In this document: positions 38,471 through 50,539 of the stretch, in pieces | Numbering within the stretch: position 1 is the first letter of the stretch | Layout of the letters: the number at the start of each line of letters is the position of its first letter | From: Haliotis rubra | Lineage: Eukaryota | Assembly: GCF_003918875.1 (NCBI RefSeq) | Contig: NW_025767457.1 | Location: 496,001-560,000 of the forward strand | Length of the DNA: 64,000 bases | Reading direction: 5' to 3' | The notes under the pieces: generated by a model | The model's database searches: none | Told to the model about the DNA's origin: nothing | Seen by the model: the letters and a program-made list of their open reading frames with translations, nothing else | Translations under genes and position numbers: made by a program

Positions 38471-40003
38471 TACTGAGTCAAAAAAGAAACTTCACAAAAT
38501 GTAATTTGAAAAATAATGAATAATTTTTTTCTGATGATACATCTATGTATCCGAAATGGGATCCCTATCTTTCCACTCTAGAAAAACGTTAGCAAAACCA
38601 ACTCAAACCCATCCATTCGTCGTGCAAATGATGTTAGTGCCAAATCAGGTTTTGCACGTGCAGTCGATCACGTGATCTTCGCATCGAAGTTTTCTTCATA
38701 TGCACGTGTTTGCATTGGCCTCAAGAATTGAAAAAACACTTTTAAACCACAGTTCTAAGGGTACTTGAAATGCCACGATTGTCAAATGTGCAACGTGAAC
38801 GTGCCGTTGGCATGTTGCAAGCGGGAAGATCAGTTATTGACGTCGCAAGAGCAATGGGATGCAGCCGTCGTACTGTGTATGACTTGCGAGGTCGTCTACA
38901 ACAAACTGGCACCACTTCTGATCGCCCAAGGTCGGGTCGTCCACGTGTGACGTCACGAGCAGAAGACCGTCAAATCGTCCTACGTCACCTACGTGACAGA
39001 TTTCTGCCGGCTACACGAACCAGGGCTGAGATGTTTAGAGGTCGACTGTCCTCACAGACCATTCGAAATCGGTTGCGGGCTGCCAATCTCCATTCTCGAC
39101 GTCCATATCGTGGGCCAATATTGACGCCGTTTCATCAACGTCAACGTCTGCTGTGGGCCCAACGCCACCTCCGATGGACCCAGAGAGACTGGAATCGAGT
39201 CGTCTTTAGCGATGAATCCAGGTTTACCCTCAGATTCGCGGACGGCAGGCATAGAGTCTGGAGACGACGTCGTGAACGGTATGCCCAATGTTGTGTACAG
39301 GAAGTCGACAGATTCGGGGGCGGAAGTTGCATGGTGTGGGGTGCTTTCTGTGGGAACAACCGTTCCCGACTTCTGGTCATCCGTGGAAACCTCACAGCTG
39401 CTACTTACCGCGACCAGGTGCTCACCCCCTGAACTCGTTCCTTTCATGGCGGCTCATGGCCCAGGTCTACAGTTCCAGCATGATAATGCTCGGCCGCATA
39501 CCGCGATGTTGACACGAAATTGCCTTCAAAACGCTGGAATCAACGTCATGGACTGGCCATCGAGGTCCCCTGACCTTAATCCAATAGAGCACGGTTGGGA
39601 TACACTTGGGAGAAGGCTTCGTGGTCTTAGGAACCAACCTCAGAATTTGCAGGAACTTGGCGCTGCCTTGCAAGAGCAATGGCGCAGAATCCCCAACCAC
39701 GTGTTCACAAGCATCAGGCAGTCGATGAGGAGACGGCGTTTGGCAGTGGTGAATGCGCGGGGCGGCCATACACGATATTGAACTGAGACATTTCGCATTT
39801 TTATTCTTGTGACTTGACATTCTGTATACCCATGTTTTGGAACGGCGGTGTAGCCTAATGGAACTGATTATGGCACTGTCAGTGTATCGAGTACATCACA
39901 CAGATCTCAGCAATGAAATAATAACAATTTAACCATCTTACCATCTCTTGTTCTTTTATAGTGCCCTGAAGAAAGAATGTGAAGTTTCTTTTTTGACTCA
40001 GTA
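38471..40003 (+). mobile_element. Tc1 family B, full length (1533 bp) with perfect TIRs
   Basis: TA at 38469-38470 and 40004-40005; 26-bp TIR tactgagtcaaaaaagaaacttcaca and its exact reverse complement. Confidence 0.96.
38770..39781 (+). CDS. Tc1 DD34E transposase, intact except for one extra base in a C5 run (39425-39429)
   Basis: Paired-like HTH, GRPRVT, VFSDESRF, FQHDNARPH, WPSRSPDLNPIEH, ARGGHTRY*; ORFs 38770-39432 and 39212-39781 join if one C is removed. Confidence 0.9.
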
Positions 40004-40109
40004 TATATCAAAACAATGTAGATATCCAAGAACAGTTACATTTACAAGCACAAGTTTGTGTGACCGTCAGGACAAGATGGGGTTTCGACACGTTTTTGTG
40101 TATATTTGT

Positions 40110-40330
40110 TGTTGTTGTTTACAGCCACAGGTAGCAATTGTTTCAGCGTTATGGCGGCGAGTTGGAAATAATCGTGTCCGGACCAGACAATCCAGTGATT
40201 GACGTCATGTGCATCGTGCATCACGTTTACATGCATCAACCAAGTCAGCATGATTGACCACACAATCCAGTTGTCGCCTAGTATGACAAGAATGGGTTGC
40301 TGAAGAAGAATTCTAACCATTAACTTCATG
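40110..40330 (-). mobile_element. Family A SINE
   Basis: ggaccagacaatccagtgat..gggttgctgaaga. Confidence 0.75.
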
Positions 40331-40444
40331 GACTGTTTTGACACGTGAAAAAGGCTAGTAAAAGTGTCTTAAAACATTTACAATCAAATTACGGGAGACT
40401 CCACATGAACACTCCAAACGTGTCAGGGTGCACTTGCCCTGGTA

Positions 40445-40887
40445 TAGTCCGTTTGGCTCAAAATCGGACCGATGAATTGCAATCTAACTCGAAAACTACT
40501 AAACACATAGTACTCAATGAAACACTGACCATAATCAAAACATCAGAGCAAAGAGAGGAACAGCCACCAGGTGTGCAAAGAAGGATGGAGACGGCACAGC
40601 ACAGGTTAATGAATCAATCACTTTGTCGGTACTTGTGCACGTGCTTCGCGTACAACTGGCCGTTCCTCCCTTAGCAGTCCTCCCTCGTAACAAATGGTGA
40701 ACTGAGTCAAAGTTGTAATGATAGTTTGTTAAACAACTTTTCTATTTTTATGTAATATATTCTGCAAAAAAATCACAGAGTTGGTCTGATGTTATGATTA
40801 TGATTAGTGTTTCATTGAGTATTCTATGTTTAGTTGTTTTCGAGTTAGATTGAAATTCATCGGTCCGATTTTGAGCCAAACGGACTA
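40445..40887. mobile_element. MITE with ~105-bp TIRs, TA-flanked
   Basis: tagtccgtttggctcaaaatcggaccgatgaatt... inverted at 40781-40887; TA at 40443-40444 and 40888-40889. Confidence 0.9.
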
Positions 40888-41186
40888 TAGGATGTACCAA
40901 TAGTGAGGGAGTTGGGTTGAACTTCGCTTCACTCCATGATGCAGGTGTCAAACCTTTACCCCTTTGGTGAAACCCACGTGTATGTTGCAGACAGAACCAG
41001 ATACATTACTGAGGAGGACCTGGATTCAATTCCACGTAGCCACGAGCTTTCTCTCGTGGCTAAGCAACGCAACCACTATTTGTGAATCCTCCAAACCTCT
41101 AAACTCATGAATGAGGATTATACGTTAACGTATTTACCTCAACGTCATCGTGACATATACCTATACTTTGATTTAGATTAAGATGC

Positions 41187-41495
41187 ATGTACTTAACAAC
41201 ACTAAACATAGGTTTAGATTCCAGGCATAAAGTGTATTTACCGGCATTACCAAAGCAGTCAGAGAGTGAAAAGAAATTGGATTTCTTCTATTTTCCGACG
41301 TTGAAAGATCTGTTGTCAAATTCTTTTGCTGCTATGTTTAACCGATTAAAACCTCCATTAAAGATCTCTGAAATGTCTGCTACATATTTGCAGAGAACAA
41401 TACTTAATCTCTCATTCAAAGTCAAGCGTCAAGCGTGCGTCATACGTCACTTATTTACTCAAAGACTAAATATAATCTATAACCGGCTAACATGA
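41187..41495 (+). pseudogene. PLE RT palm/thumb relic in one open frame (paralog at 1-200, - strand)
   Basis: SEKKLDFFYFPTLKDLLSNSFAAMFNRLKPPLKISEMSATYLQ; compare NEKKLARSFNFTFRYIDDVLSLNNSKFGDFVDRIYPIELEIK..SASYLD. Confidence 0.72.
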
Positions 41496-41904
41496 ATAGG
41501 TGGTTTTGCATTTCAATAACATGCCCACGTTTAGATTCAACTTGATGCACTAGAGAATGTGTATATATAAATCCATGTTGTGAAGTCATTGGCTTTTGTT
41601 TATAGCCTCACATTAAAGGAATTGCGTAAAGTGAATTCTTTGGAAAATAGAGAGACATAAGCTTTAACGATAATCTGTTCCACTCACTGCATCAAGATAA
41701 ATCTTTTAAACTTTTGTTGCTGCCGAACACAGCACAAGATGTCGCACGTCTTCCAGTCAGAGGAGGTAACAAATGCTGAAAGATGCGTTCTACTCAATAT
41801 GGACAGTTATGACACAAACATCATGCCATCATTTATGAAATTGCTCTTTTAGACATACCCACAAGTATTTACTGGATAACTTGAATGCATGATTTGGTTG
41901 CATT

Positions 41905-42141
41905 GGTCGGTTGGTTCGTAGTCAAAAGCAACACTCAGCAATATTCCAACCATATGGCGGCGGTCTGTAAGTAATCGAGTCTGGACCAGACAATCAACAG
42001 CATGAGCATCGATGTACGTAAATGGGATACAATGACATGTGTCAACCCCGGCAGCGAGCCTGACCATCCGATCCCGTTTGTCGCCCTTTACGACAAGCAT
42101 GGGTTGCTGAAGACCAATTGTAGCCCGGATGTTCACGGGTC
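41905..42141 (-). mobile_element. Family A SINE (near full length)
   Basis: Reverse complement of 49057-49300. Confidence 0.88.
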
Positions 42142-43554
42142 TTGGCGTACTGTTTTCTGTCGCGTATGAAACAGTAGTAAAGACGTGTATAAAAGCAGTG
42201 GGCATCATACGCTGTGGTTATGTAGAGGTTCAAACCTGAAATGTCCAGTTGATAAGTAGTGTCACTGCCAAGGACACCTGTGTGACCTGTGCGTGAGAGA
42301 CCTTTCTTGCAATGGTATCGGTGCTGGTTGATTGTCGTCCCCAAATTACATTCTGTATTGATGTGTGTCAAACTGGAGGTGTGTTAAATATCAAAGAAAA
42401 CACATTTCTTTCATTCTATATTTTTTCATTTTATGAATCTGTAATGAAAGAAGGTATGCCCGCATCAAATCAGTTTCACAGTTGGCACATCAAAGGAAAA
42501 CTATAAGCAGTAATGCGGAAACATTTGCTGTACGGTAAAATTTAAATATTGTTAAAAATAGTGTCGAATCTTTGAAAATGGGTATTTTGGAGACATAAAA
42601 GTTAATTTCAAAGTGAACGAAGAAATGCATAAGGAACCATCGTCCTCCCATGAAAAAATCAATTGACCGTGCATGAAATCGATTTTTCCAAATAGTTTCT
42701 AGTGTGTCCAAATGAGGGTTATAGTGAACTAATGGAACGACACTTTCCAAATCTAGGTGACTTGCAATAACGTTTCCATAAAACGGCATGATGAGTGAGT
42801 TAAAGGTTAATGTCACAAGAATAATGTAACCAAACGCACACAATAACTGCACTGAATTGTGGACTCATATTTATGGAGTTCTCTTTAAATGCTATTTATT
42901 TTACAAACGTATCCCTTTGCACGTTTCACTACAACTAAAGTTAAATTCTACACTTGCCATTACGTGACAGAATAATCTGTTCTTTTATGTGCTTTTAAGA
43001 ATTTGTTCACAACGTTCCAGCGTTTCAAATCGAAGCAGATTTGATTTAAAGCCCATTTTAGCCATTTAGAAGCCCCAAGCGAACATGCTGATCTTCCCAT
43101 CAATTGTAACTCAGCCTCATCCCTTGCCTGGAGGAAAAGTATGTCTCATTGCGCTTCCAGCGACAAATGATAGCATTAGCGGGTTGCGGGTTGAATCAGA
43201 GACACACTTGGGATGGTGAATAGCATATAGGCTCAGCTTTCCTCAAGCGGTTTCGACAATCTACCGTGTGTCAAAAACCTGTTTGTCGGGCCACCTGAAA
43301 CATAACCAGTTTTAGAACTCTGCATGCACAATCATTTAATCATTATTCCAACTCGGCAGACTTATCTGGTTACTATGACACTTTTTTGTTTATGGTTTAA
43401 CCAAAAGCCAATGACAGTAACCACCCAGCTGTAAGAAACAGTTTTCTCTTAATATTACTTCACTAAATGTATTGTGTATGGTATATTCTAAGATGCCTAG
43501 CGGTTAGAACAATCGAAAAAAACAAACATTATCAGACAATAAAGGTATAGTTTT

Positions 43555-44085
43555 TTGATGACGTAACAATTGAATGACGTTATCCCGTCACTGCGCCATT
43601 CTAGTGTGCCCCCTCGTAATCGAACCATTTTACATTACGTCACAATGTAAGCGACGTCACGATGCATGTCAGTTGTCATCGCCTCGTACGGCCTCCTACA
43701 GTAAACTACACCGTTGCATCCAGTTTCTTGGTTTGCTGTTGCTTCACGCAGCTAGCATCACTGGTGGAAACATTACGTTTATGTTTTACGACGGTTAAAA
43801 TGTGTCATTTCGACTCACAAGTTTTCAGCGACACGGTAACGTTCGTAATGTTTACATTCCCACAATGCAATTGTGGAATGTCGCTTGACTACTCAACTTC
43901 CTCTGGATGTACTGATCTAAACTTACGCTGGTAGTAGAAATGCAACGATCATATTGCCCCATATGGTTTACGTTAATGACAGATGTAATTAAAATAATTC
44001 AGAGAAGATATTTAATCCGAACGTAAACCGTCATCAAACTGTTATCATTTGTTTTTTTCTGGTAACGTTCGTCTTAACGTAGGGG
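43555..44085. promoter_or_regulatory. Candidate CpG-rich promoter-like island
   Basis: Non-repeat segment dense in CpG, with several TGACGT/ACGTCA (CRE-like) and Myb-like (gacggtta, aaccgtc, accgttg) sites. Confidence 0.35.
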
Positions 44086-44237
44086 GCAGACACATCAATA
44101 GAACAGCGTGCCAGTTAGCCCTGTGCGAGGATTCTTAATTTAGGTCACCGACACCGTCGTTTGTTTTCTGCCTTAAATTAATCGTAATTATCTTTAGAAA
44201 GTATTAAATTTGGCACTATACATGGTGGTAGAGCGAA

Positions 44238-45060
44238 GTGTATTTCTTAAGCAACAACCTTGTAAAATCATTTACTGACATCCCACCTGTCTTCTTATTT
44301 GGACACCAAGGCAACCAACTTTATTGGTTAAGCAAAAAGCCAAGGACAGTAAGCATCCAGTACAATGCAAGACTGCAAGAAACTCTGTTCCTCTTTCCCA
44401 ATTGCGCAGACCGATGCTTATGCTGTTGATCACTGGATTGTCTGGTCCAGACTCGATTTGTTTCCTATAACCAAACTGTTTGATTTCAATGAACATGAGT
44501 GAGTGAGTGAGTGAACTTCAGTCATATAGTGACGAGAAAGGTTTTCCATACACAATAAATAAGTTGTTAAATAACCAGTCATCGAAGGATTGTAAAATCA
44601 ATGAACATGAAAATATATGTCAAGAATAGCATTTGAAACCAGGTTGTAAGTATGTCATGCCTTTTCATATTTTATGGAATTTGTCAGAAAATATATGGAT
44701 ATTTTCTTGCATTGGCGTTTCATACTTGCTAAGACGAACATTCTGAAATTCTCAAACTCAGGTCATATGAATTTAACATTGCGGGTCACGGTCGTTTACG
44801 AATTCGGTTTTAGATATGTTTTTTATTGAAACTAAACAAAACACAAAATGATACAGATAGTCCATTCCGTTGACAGAACACAGGCATTTGAATAATGTTT
44901 CCTTTTCGTCCAATGTCAATATTCAGTCTTATTCAAATTCACACATTTATATGTTATCGTTCCATAGTGCTGTAGAGTGCTGGGAAGGCAATGCCACTAC
45001 TGTAGTCACTACATTTCTAATAAACCTGGTTTTACTATTTTCTCTTAAATTCAATTAGGC
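44238..45060 (+). pseudogene. PLE pre-RT/RT relic interrupted by SINE/LINE tails
   Basis: NQLYWLSKKPR (44313-44345; compare PSLYWIPKLHK); NIQSYSNSHIYMLSFH; TFLINL. Confidence 0.55.
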
Positions 45061-45514
45061 TGTGTAGGGACGTAAGCGGCAGCAGGAAAATAATGTCTTG
45101 TATGTCTCAAAGAATCACTACACACAAGCTGTATTATAGTCCGGTATAATCCTTGATGATTATACTAGACACGACAACACCCTTCTCCCATCCCATCTGC
45201 CTTTTAAAAAACAGAGTCGTATGTACAATTGTGACTATATCATCAGTATGTGTTTGTCTGACGCTGCATTCAGCAGTTTTAAAAATGTACAAGTCTGGAC
45301 CGAACAATCCAGTGACTGACACCATGTATACGATGATAGAACATCTTCTGAGCAATATTCTTATGACGCTCTTGGTAAAAATAGAATGCTCGAATGTGCC
45401 TCAAAAGTTGTGAAATATTTCACAGGCTGGAGCTGTTGGAATATTCTGCTTGGGCATATTCTGACCCCATGCCAACAGTGGACCATGGTGCAAAACCTTG
45501 AAGATGTCTTAGTA

Positions 45515-45865
45515 ATTGATGAATATAATTTGTAACCACGTGAAGTATGCCCTTCACTCTGATATATCATTCTCCAGATCTGGCAAGGTTTTAACAGGTG
45601 TTCCAAAACATGACGAGCATGCTAAAAGGATGTCACATCAAATTGCGAGCAACATTGTCAAAGACTCTAAAAATGACGTTAGAAGCCCGTGATCAGCAAC
45701 AGAATCCCATTCATGGCCTGACAGGTCAATTAAAGCTGTGCACATCATCATAAATATCCGGGAAACTGGGAAACAACAGGATCTGTTTATCACGTGTGCA
45801 GACACTTCTTTAGTGCCACAGCACCCAGACCGGAAGTTGTAACGATCCACTTGAACTGAAATAAC
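45515..45865 (+). pseudogene. Hyper-diverged PLE RT relic (paralog ~63090-63340)
   Basis: ICNHVKYALHSDISFSRSGKVLTGVP..DPLELK. Confidence 0.5.
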
Positions 45866-46729
45866 AGCTTTATTTTGAGAGTGAAAACAAACCATTCCCA
45901 GGAAGCACACGCAGAAATCTTATATATGTGGCTAAGAGAGTACTATGTTACAGCAACTGATATAGATAGCCTTGACAAAATCATTTTTTCTTATTAACGA
46001 CGAAGCCTTAAAACATGATAAGATGTTCATGTTATTTCATATTCTTTCACATGCATTTAAAATTCCTAGCTTTCATTTGGAAATTCATCCATGTTATGTA
46101 TATTAACTTTTTCAAAAATCGTTTCTTACGTCATACTATGTGCATACAAATGCCAAATTTGGTTCACATGTATTTTAAAACTATTTTTGCAGTCGCCTTA
46201 GTATTGTGAAAATCTGTCATTGTTTTGACACATAGGACATGAGCAGTCTGGTAGTATCCAGGGAATGTATGCATTATATATGAGTCTAGGCAGGAGACGA
46301 GATCGGTGTGTGGTTTACGTAGCTTCGTGAATTCATCTCGCCAAAAATATTTCTATTCTGTCAATAATCTTTTATACGATTCGTGTTCACGTCTGCTAAA
46401 GAAAAAAAATACATTGAAAAATACATCTGCATAAGGCATTTACCTTTTTACTTCATTTGATTTTTTGACACCAGAGAAGCAGACTATTGCTCAAGTTACA
46501 CAATGACGTTTATGATCGCAAACATTCGTCAAATATTTTTTATGAAATTCGTTGCACATAGTAGTTAACAAATGCTGTCTTTACGATTGAAAATATTCAG
46601 TTATCATGCTGACAAGTCATCACATCTTAAATGATCAATTATACAAACCGACACTTTGAATACGAATATGATTGCATTCTTATTATCCTTTATTTTCTTT
46701 TTGTTAATGACAAGTAACAAAATAATATA

Positions 46730-47597
46730 CGCGGGGCGTCCGAAAAGCAGTCGGCCTAACTATAGTTTTGATGTCCAATGTTAGAAACGCTTCCATTTTA
46801 TTTTGAAGGAATCATGGGCAAAGCCAAATCCAAATTTTGACATGCAATGTGGCTACCGAGATATCAGTCATCACAACACATTGGGGTATAATATTTCTGT
46901 AAAATTTGCAGAAAGTGAAAAATGATCTGTCATTTTGTCCTTCTTGGATGATGGTATGCCCTCAGATAATATCATATAAAATATGTTCAGTAATGTCATA
47001 ATCAACATTCTAAGATTTGAATTGCATGATGTATATTTAGACGTGGCTGTTTTTATAGGACCCCCGATTTTAATCTTTCGGAAACATTGTGTCCAGATAT
47101 TCACGCTGGCACTGTTTACAATATATTGAGTGCTGACACTTGTGTGACCATTCAGTACTTAGTTTTAACCCTTGGCATCATGTATGAATACGTGAAAACA
47201 TTTGAATAAATTATGTCCTTATGATTACGTCATCTGAAAGGCCGGGGTGGGGGTGGGTGGGGTGTTGTCGCTTTAACAAGCGATTGTAGTTTCAACTTTC
47301 ATTTTTATACACTTTAATATGTACGTTTGATTCTAGAGAACTTCTGCCTATCTCAAACACACAAAATGTTTCTTGCATATTTCGTTTCCTGAAGTTTGTG
47401 ATGCATTTATTGCAGATTTTGCGTTTTTAGGGGGGTACCAAGATAAAGAGTCAAACAAAATGGGAATCGTGAGGCTGGAATATGTCAAAAGCAATTTGCT
47501 TGAGGTTGATAGATACTATGTAGAAAAATAAAATATAAAAACAGCTGCATTTGTATAATTTTCTAGGTGAGGCCGACTACTTTTGGGACGCCCTTCG
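46730..47597. mobile_element. Non-autonomous mariner-type element
   Basis: TA-flanked; TIRs cgcggggcgtccgaaaagcagtcggcct / aggccgactacttttgggacgcccttcg. Confidence 0.85.
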
Positions 47598-47879
47598 TAG
47601 TTACGGAACAACTGTCAATACACATGTTGCATGCTGCGAACCTAAGAAGTTACAAATACATGTATGTTGCCTCCTACCAGTATATATACCCACCAGTACT
47701 ACATTACATGCACTATAGCACCATGGCTTCTCAGTATTATGACTAACCACATAATGACAAATATAACTTCCAGTACCTTTCTGAATCCACCACGCTCACA
47801 GTGGTTGAATGTCTAGTGAACAACTAAACATCAATAATATAATGACCCATATTATGTTATAGCTCATGGCTTGCATTCA

Positions 47880-49050
47880 CCTGGACTATGTTCCCTGGTG
47901 AGATGTGCTTGTTTTGAGGTATAATCAGCGTCCGGCGTCTACCCTTTTCATTCTTCCTTCTTTGATAACATCAAATGTTAATTGTAATAACAATGATAAT
48001 AACCATATTACAATGCACACATCTGAATATTCTTAAGTAAAGAAGGTTAGTTTCGCATTTGTATAGTTCTATTTTTGTCATGATGAAATAATATAATGGC
48101 AGTAACACCATCAATAGCCTACGCCTCAGAATTGGAAGGAAAATGTCAGAACAATGTTCGTTGTACATGCACTCTCTCCTAAAGGCTTTAAACATCATTT
48201 CATTAATTTCATGATATCATCATTACGATTTCAAAGTTCATGACACTTCACAAATGCACTCACGAACACTATACCTGGATCAAATATCCTGCTCTTAATC
48301 AACAGCTTATTGAACACCCTTTCATTATCTCTCGAAGAATTACGTGAAAGGGCAAAATCCAGTCTGGCTGTCACTACAGATCAATGAATTGTTCCCGGAT
48401 GCAGCGTTAATCAGCACACCATTGCTTTACCACCTGCTGCATCACTCCAACCATTATCAGCTTCCCTTTCTGCTTCATCCATTGTGGTCTCTAAGGGAGT
48501 TAGTAGATGGGTAGTTCTACGAAGGCCAGAGCCCAGGGCAGATGGTGCTATAGATAAACGTTGTGATGCTATGTAAGTCATAGTGGATGACAAATGTCAT
48601 GATCAGTTTCCATGGCAGCTTATGGTAAGACATACTGATGACCAATAATGTTTTTGGGATAAGATGTATGTCTTTTGTAAATATAAGGGGTCTTCCTCTG
48701 GCGGGATCGATTATGTTAAACATTTCTTCAAAGGGTAACCCAACTTCGCATACTTTTTGGATGGATCTTCGCTTTCCCGACCTGCTTTTTTAAATTGATT
48801 CTTGTTTTAGTTTTGCAAACTAGCTGATAATTACTATCAGATCCATAGTTACTTTTACTGATATTGGATGACATTTACATGTACCTGCATTTTGTAACTA
48901 CATATTGTTACGTGTCTATTTCCCAGCTGAAACAATAAGTTAACCCAGAAATCCATGGGCAAAATAATCCAGCCTGAAGTCCAAAAGCAAGCACGAAAGA
49001 AAATTAACACTTCAGTCCTCCTCACATTTACTAGTTTAGAAATCAATACA
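47880..49050 (+). pseudogene. Three consecutive PLE RT thumb/palm relics
   Basis: MFPGEMCL..SFAFV*F..GSN..PSIAYA; LPP..SASLSASS..IDKRCD..SMAAYG; ILDDI..YFPAE. Confidence 0.55.
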
Positions 49051-49056
49051 AATTAG

Positions 49057-49300
49057 ACCCATGAACATCCGGGTTAGAATTGGTCTTCAGTAACCCGTGC
49101 TTGTCGTAAGAGGCGACTAACGGGATCGGGTGGTTAGACTCGCTCACTTGGTTGAACCATGTCATCGTATTCCGATTGTGTAGATCGATGCTCATGCTGT
49201 TGATCACTGTCTTGTCTGGTCTAGACTCGATTATTTACAGACCGCCGCTATATAGCTGGAATATTGCTGAATGCAGCGCTAAACAACAAACCAACCAACC
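49057..49300 (+). mobile_element. Family A SINE (best-preserved copy)
   Basis: cccatgaacatccgggttagaattggtcttcag..tgcttgtcgtaagaggcgactaacggg..(ACCA)n; the core resembles Meta/MESC-type SINE domains as recalled (unverified). Confidence 0.88.
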
Positions 49301-49439
49301 AATAGAAATTACTGCAATTGCAATTTCAGCCTACAATATAGTGGCAGTAACAAATCCAATGGCAGTTAAAAATTAGAAAGCAGTGATTATAGCAAAAACA
49401 TCAATGACAATAATATTTACCTAACAGCACGCCCACCTG

Positions 49440-49820
49440 ATGTCTGCTGATTTCCCATTGACAATCTATGTGATATTGTGTGAGCACTATCCCTGAAAGG
49501 CCTGGCAGAAAGAAGAATATTTCCTGAGGATGGAGATGAGAATATATTTGTTCGAATTAATCAAGATCTAAGCACAGAACCGACATACAAATATCAGCTT
49601 CAAGGTTTTGCTTGTGGTACACACGATAATGTGAACGAGATATTGACAAAATGAAGCAATTCTTGCCTCTTTCGAGTCTGAATCCAATCTCAAGTTGGTC
49701 AGCACCTTTCTAGGGGGATTAATTAGCCCACACTGTTGCGTTGAGCTTCTATTCCTTTAGCTTTGAATCCATCTGGGGAGGCGTGCTTCGGCTTTGATTG
49801 ATATTGATTTGTGACGTTTG
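49440..49820 (+). pseudogene. Compressed PLE RT relic
   Basis: DFPIDN-IYVIL, YLFE, RDIDK, SLNP, RASALIDIDL. Confidence 0.62.
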
Positions 49821-49920
49821 ACGATCCACCACGGCGCCCAAGGATGGGGATAATAGATAACAAGCATTGAGGAGTTGGAATACAGCCATGGCTTCAATGT
49901 TATAAATTACCCATATCAAC

Positions 49921-50260
49921 ATCTAACACGTTATATGTGGGATTATACTTTCTCAGTAAAGTAAAATTTGTTTGGCTGAGTTCCATCCGTGATTCGAACC
50001 CACACCCTCCGAGTCACGGACCAAATCGCCAGCACACAAAGTCGGCAGTCTAACACGTTCAGTCACCGCTTCCATAAAATTGGAAGTCGGACAACTGGTA
50101 GTCTTGACCACGGACTTTATGCACCCCTCTGATAGAATTTAGAAAGTGGTCAAATGTAACATATTATATTTGGGATAGAATCTGTACTTTATTGAGAAAG
50201 TGTAAACCTAAATGTAACATGTGTTACATTTGTCCACTTCTAAATGGCATTGTGTATTCA
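49921..50260 (-). mobile_element. tRNA-containing Penelope-like non-autonomous element, copy 2
   Basis: Matches 13500-13868; retains B box gggttcgaatc (minus strand); different inversion breakpoint. Confidence 0.7.
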
Positions 50261-50314
50261 TATCGGCATCCTCTTGACGAGTCGCGAGTGATCTTGGTGT
50301 CATATGCCATGGTC

Positions 50315-50539
50315 CCTAGTATGGTGATCTACCTTCTGTTGTTGAAAATTTATATTGTATTGTCCAAATAGTGCTATTAGTGTTAACATTCCACGCTAGT
50401 TTTAATTCTAATTGTGATATTCTAGTTGTTTTACTGTCCTTCGTCGACAGGTTTTTATAATATACATATATTCCATTTCAATGTCAAATATGTTCTCGTC
50501 ACGATATGGCTGAAATATTGCCGGTATGACGTTAAATTT
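50315..50539 (+). mobile_element. Family C LINE 3'-UTR-like repeat
   Basis: Matches 6925-7169. Confidence 0.75.

Larger units (their letters stand above)
27833..41370 (+). repeat. Right arm of the inverted segmental duplication
   Basis: See 1-8300; carries insertions absent from the left arm (piggyBac-like element, mariner relic, both Tc1 elements, MITE). Confidence 0.92.
42180..45900 (+). repeat. Older direct segmental duplication, copy 1 (partner ~58980-63400)
   Basis: Collinear matches: 42195-42245/58981-59030; 42421-42515/59430-59531; 43090-43480/60060-60538; 45555-45610/63123-63180; 45853-45890/63329-63378. Confidence 0.8.

Noticed and set aside
39052-39820. Antisense and alternate-frame ORFs over the Tc1 transposase
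   Set aside because: Shadow ORFs of a GC-rich coding sequence
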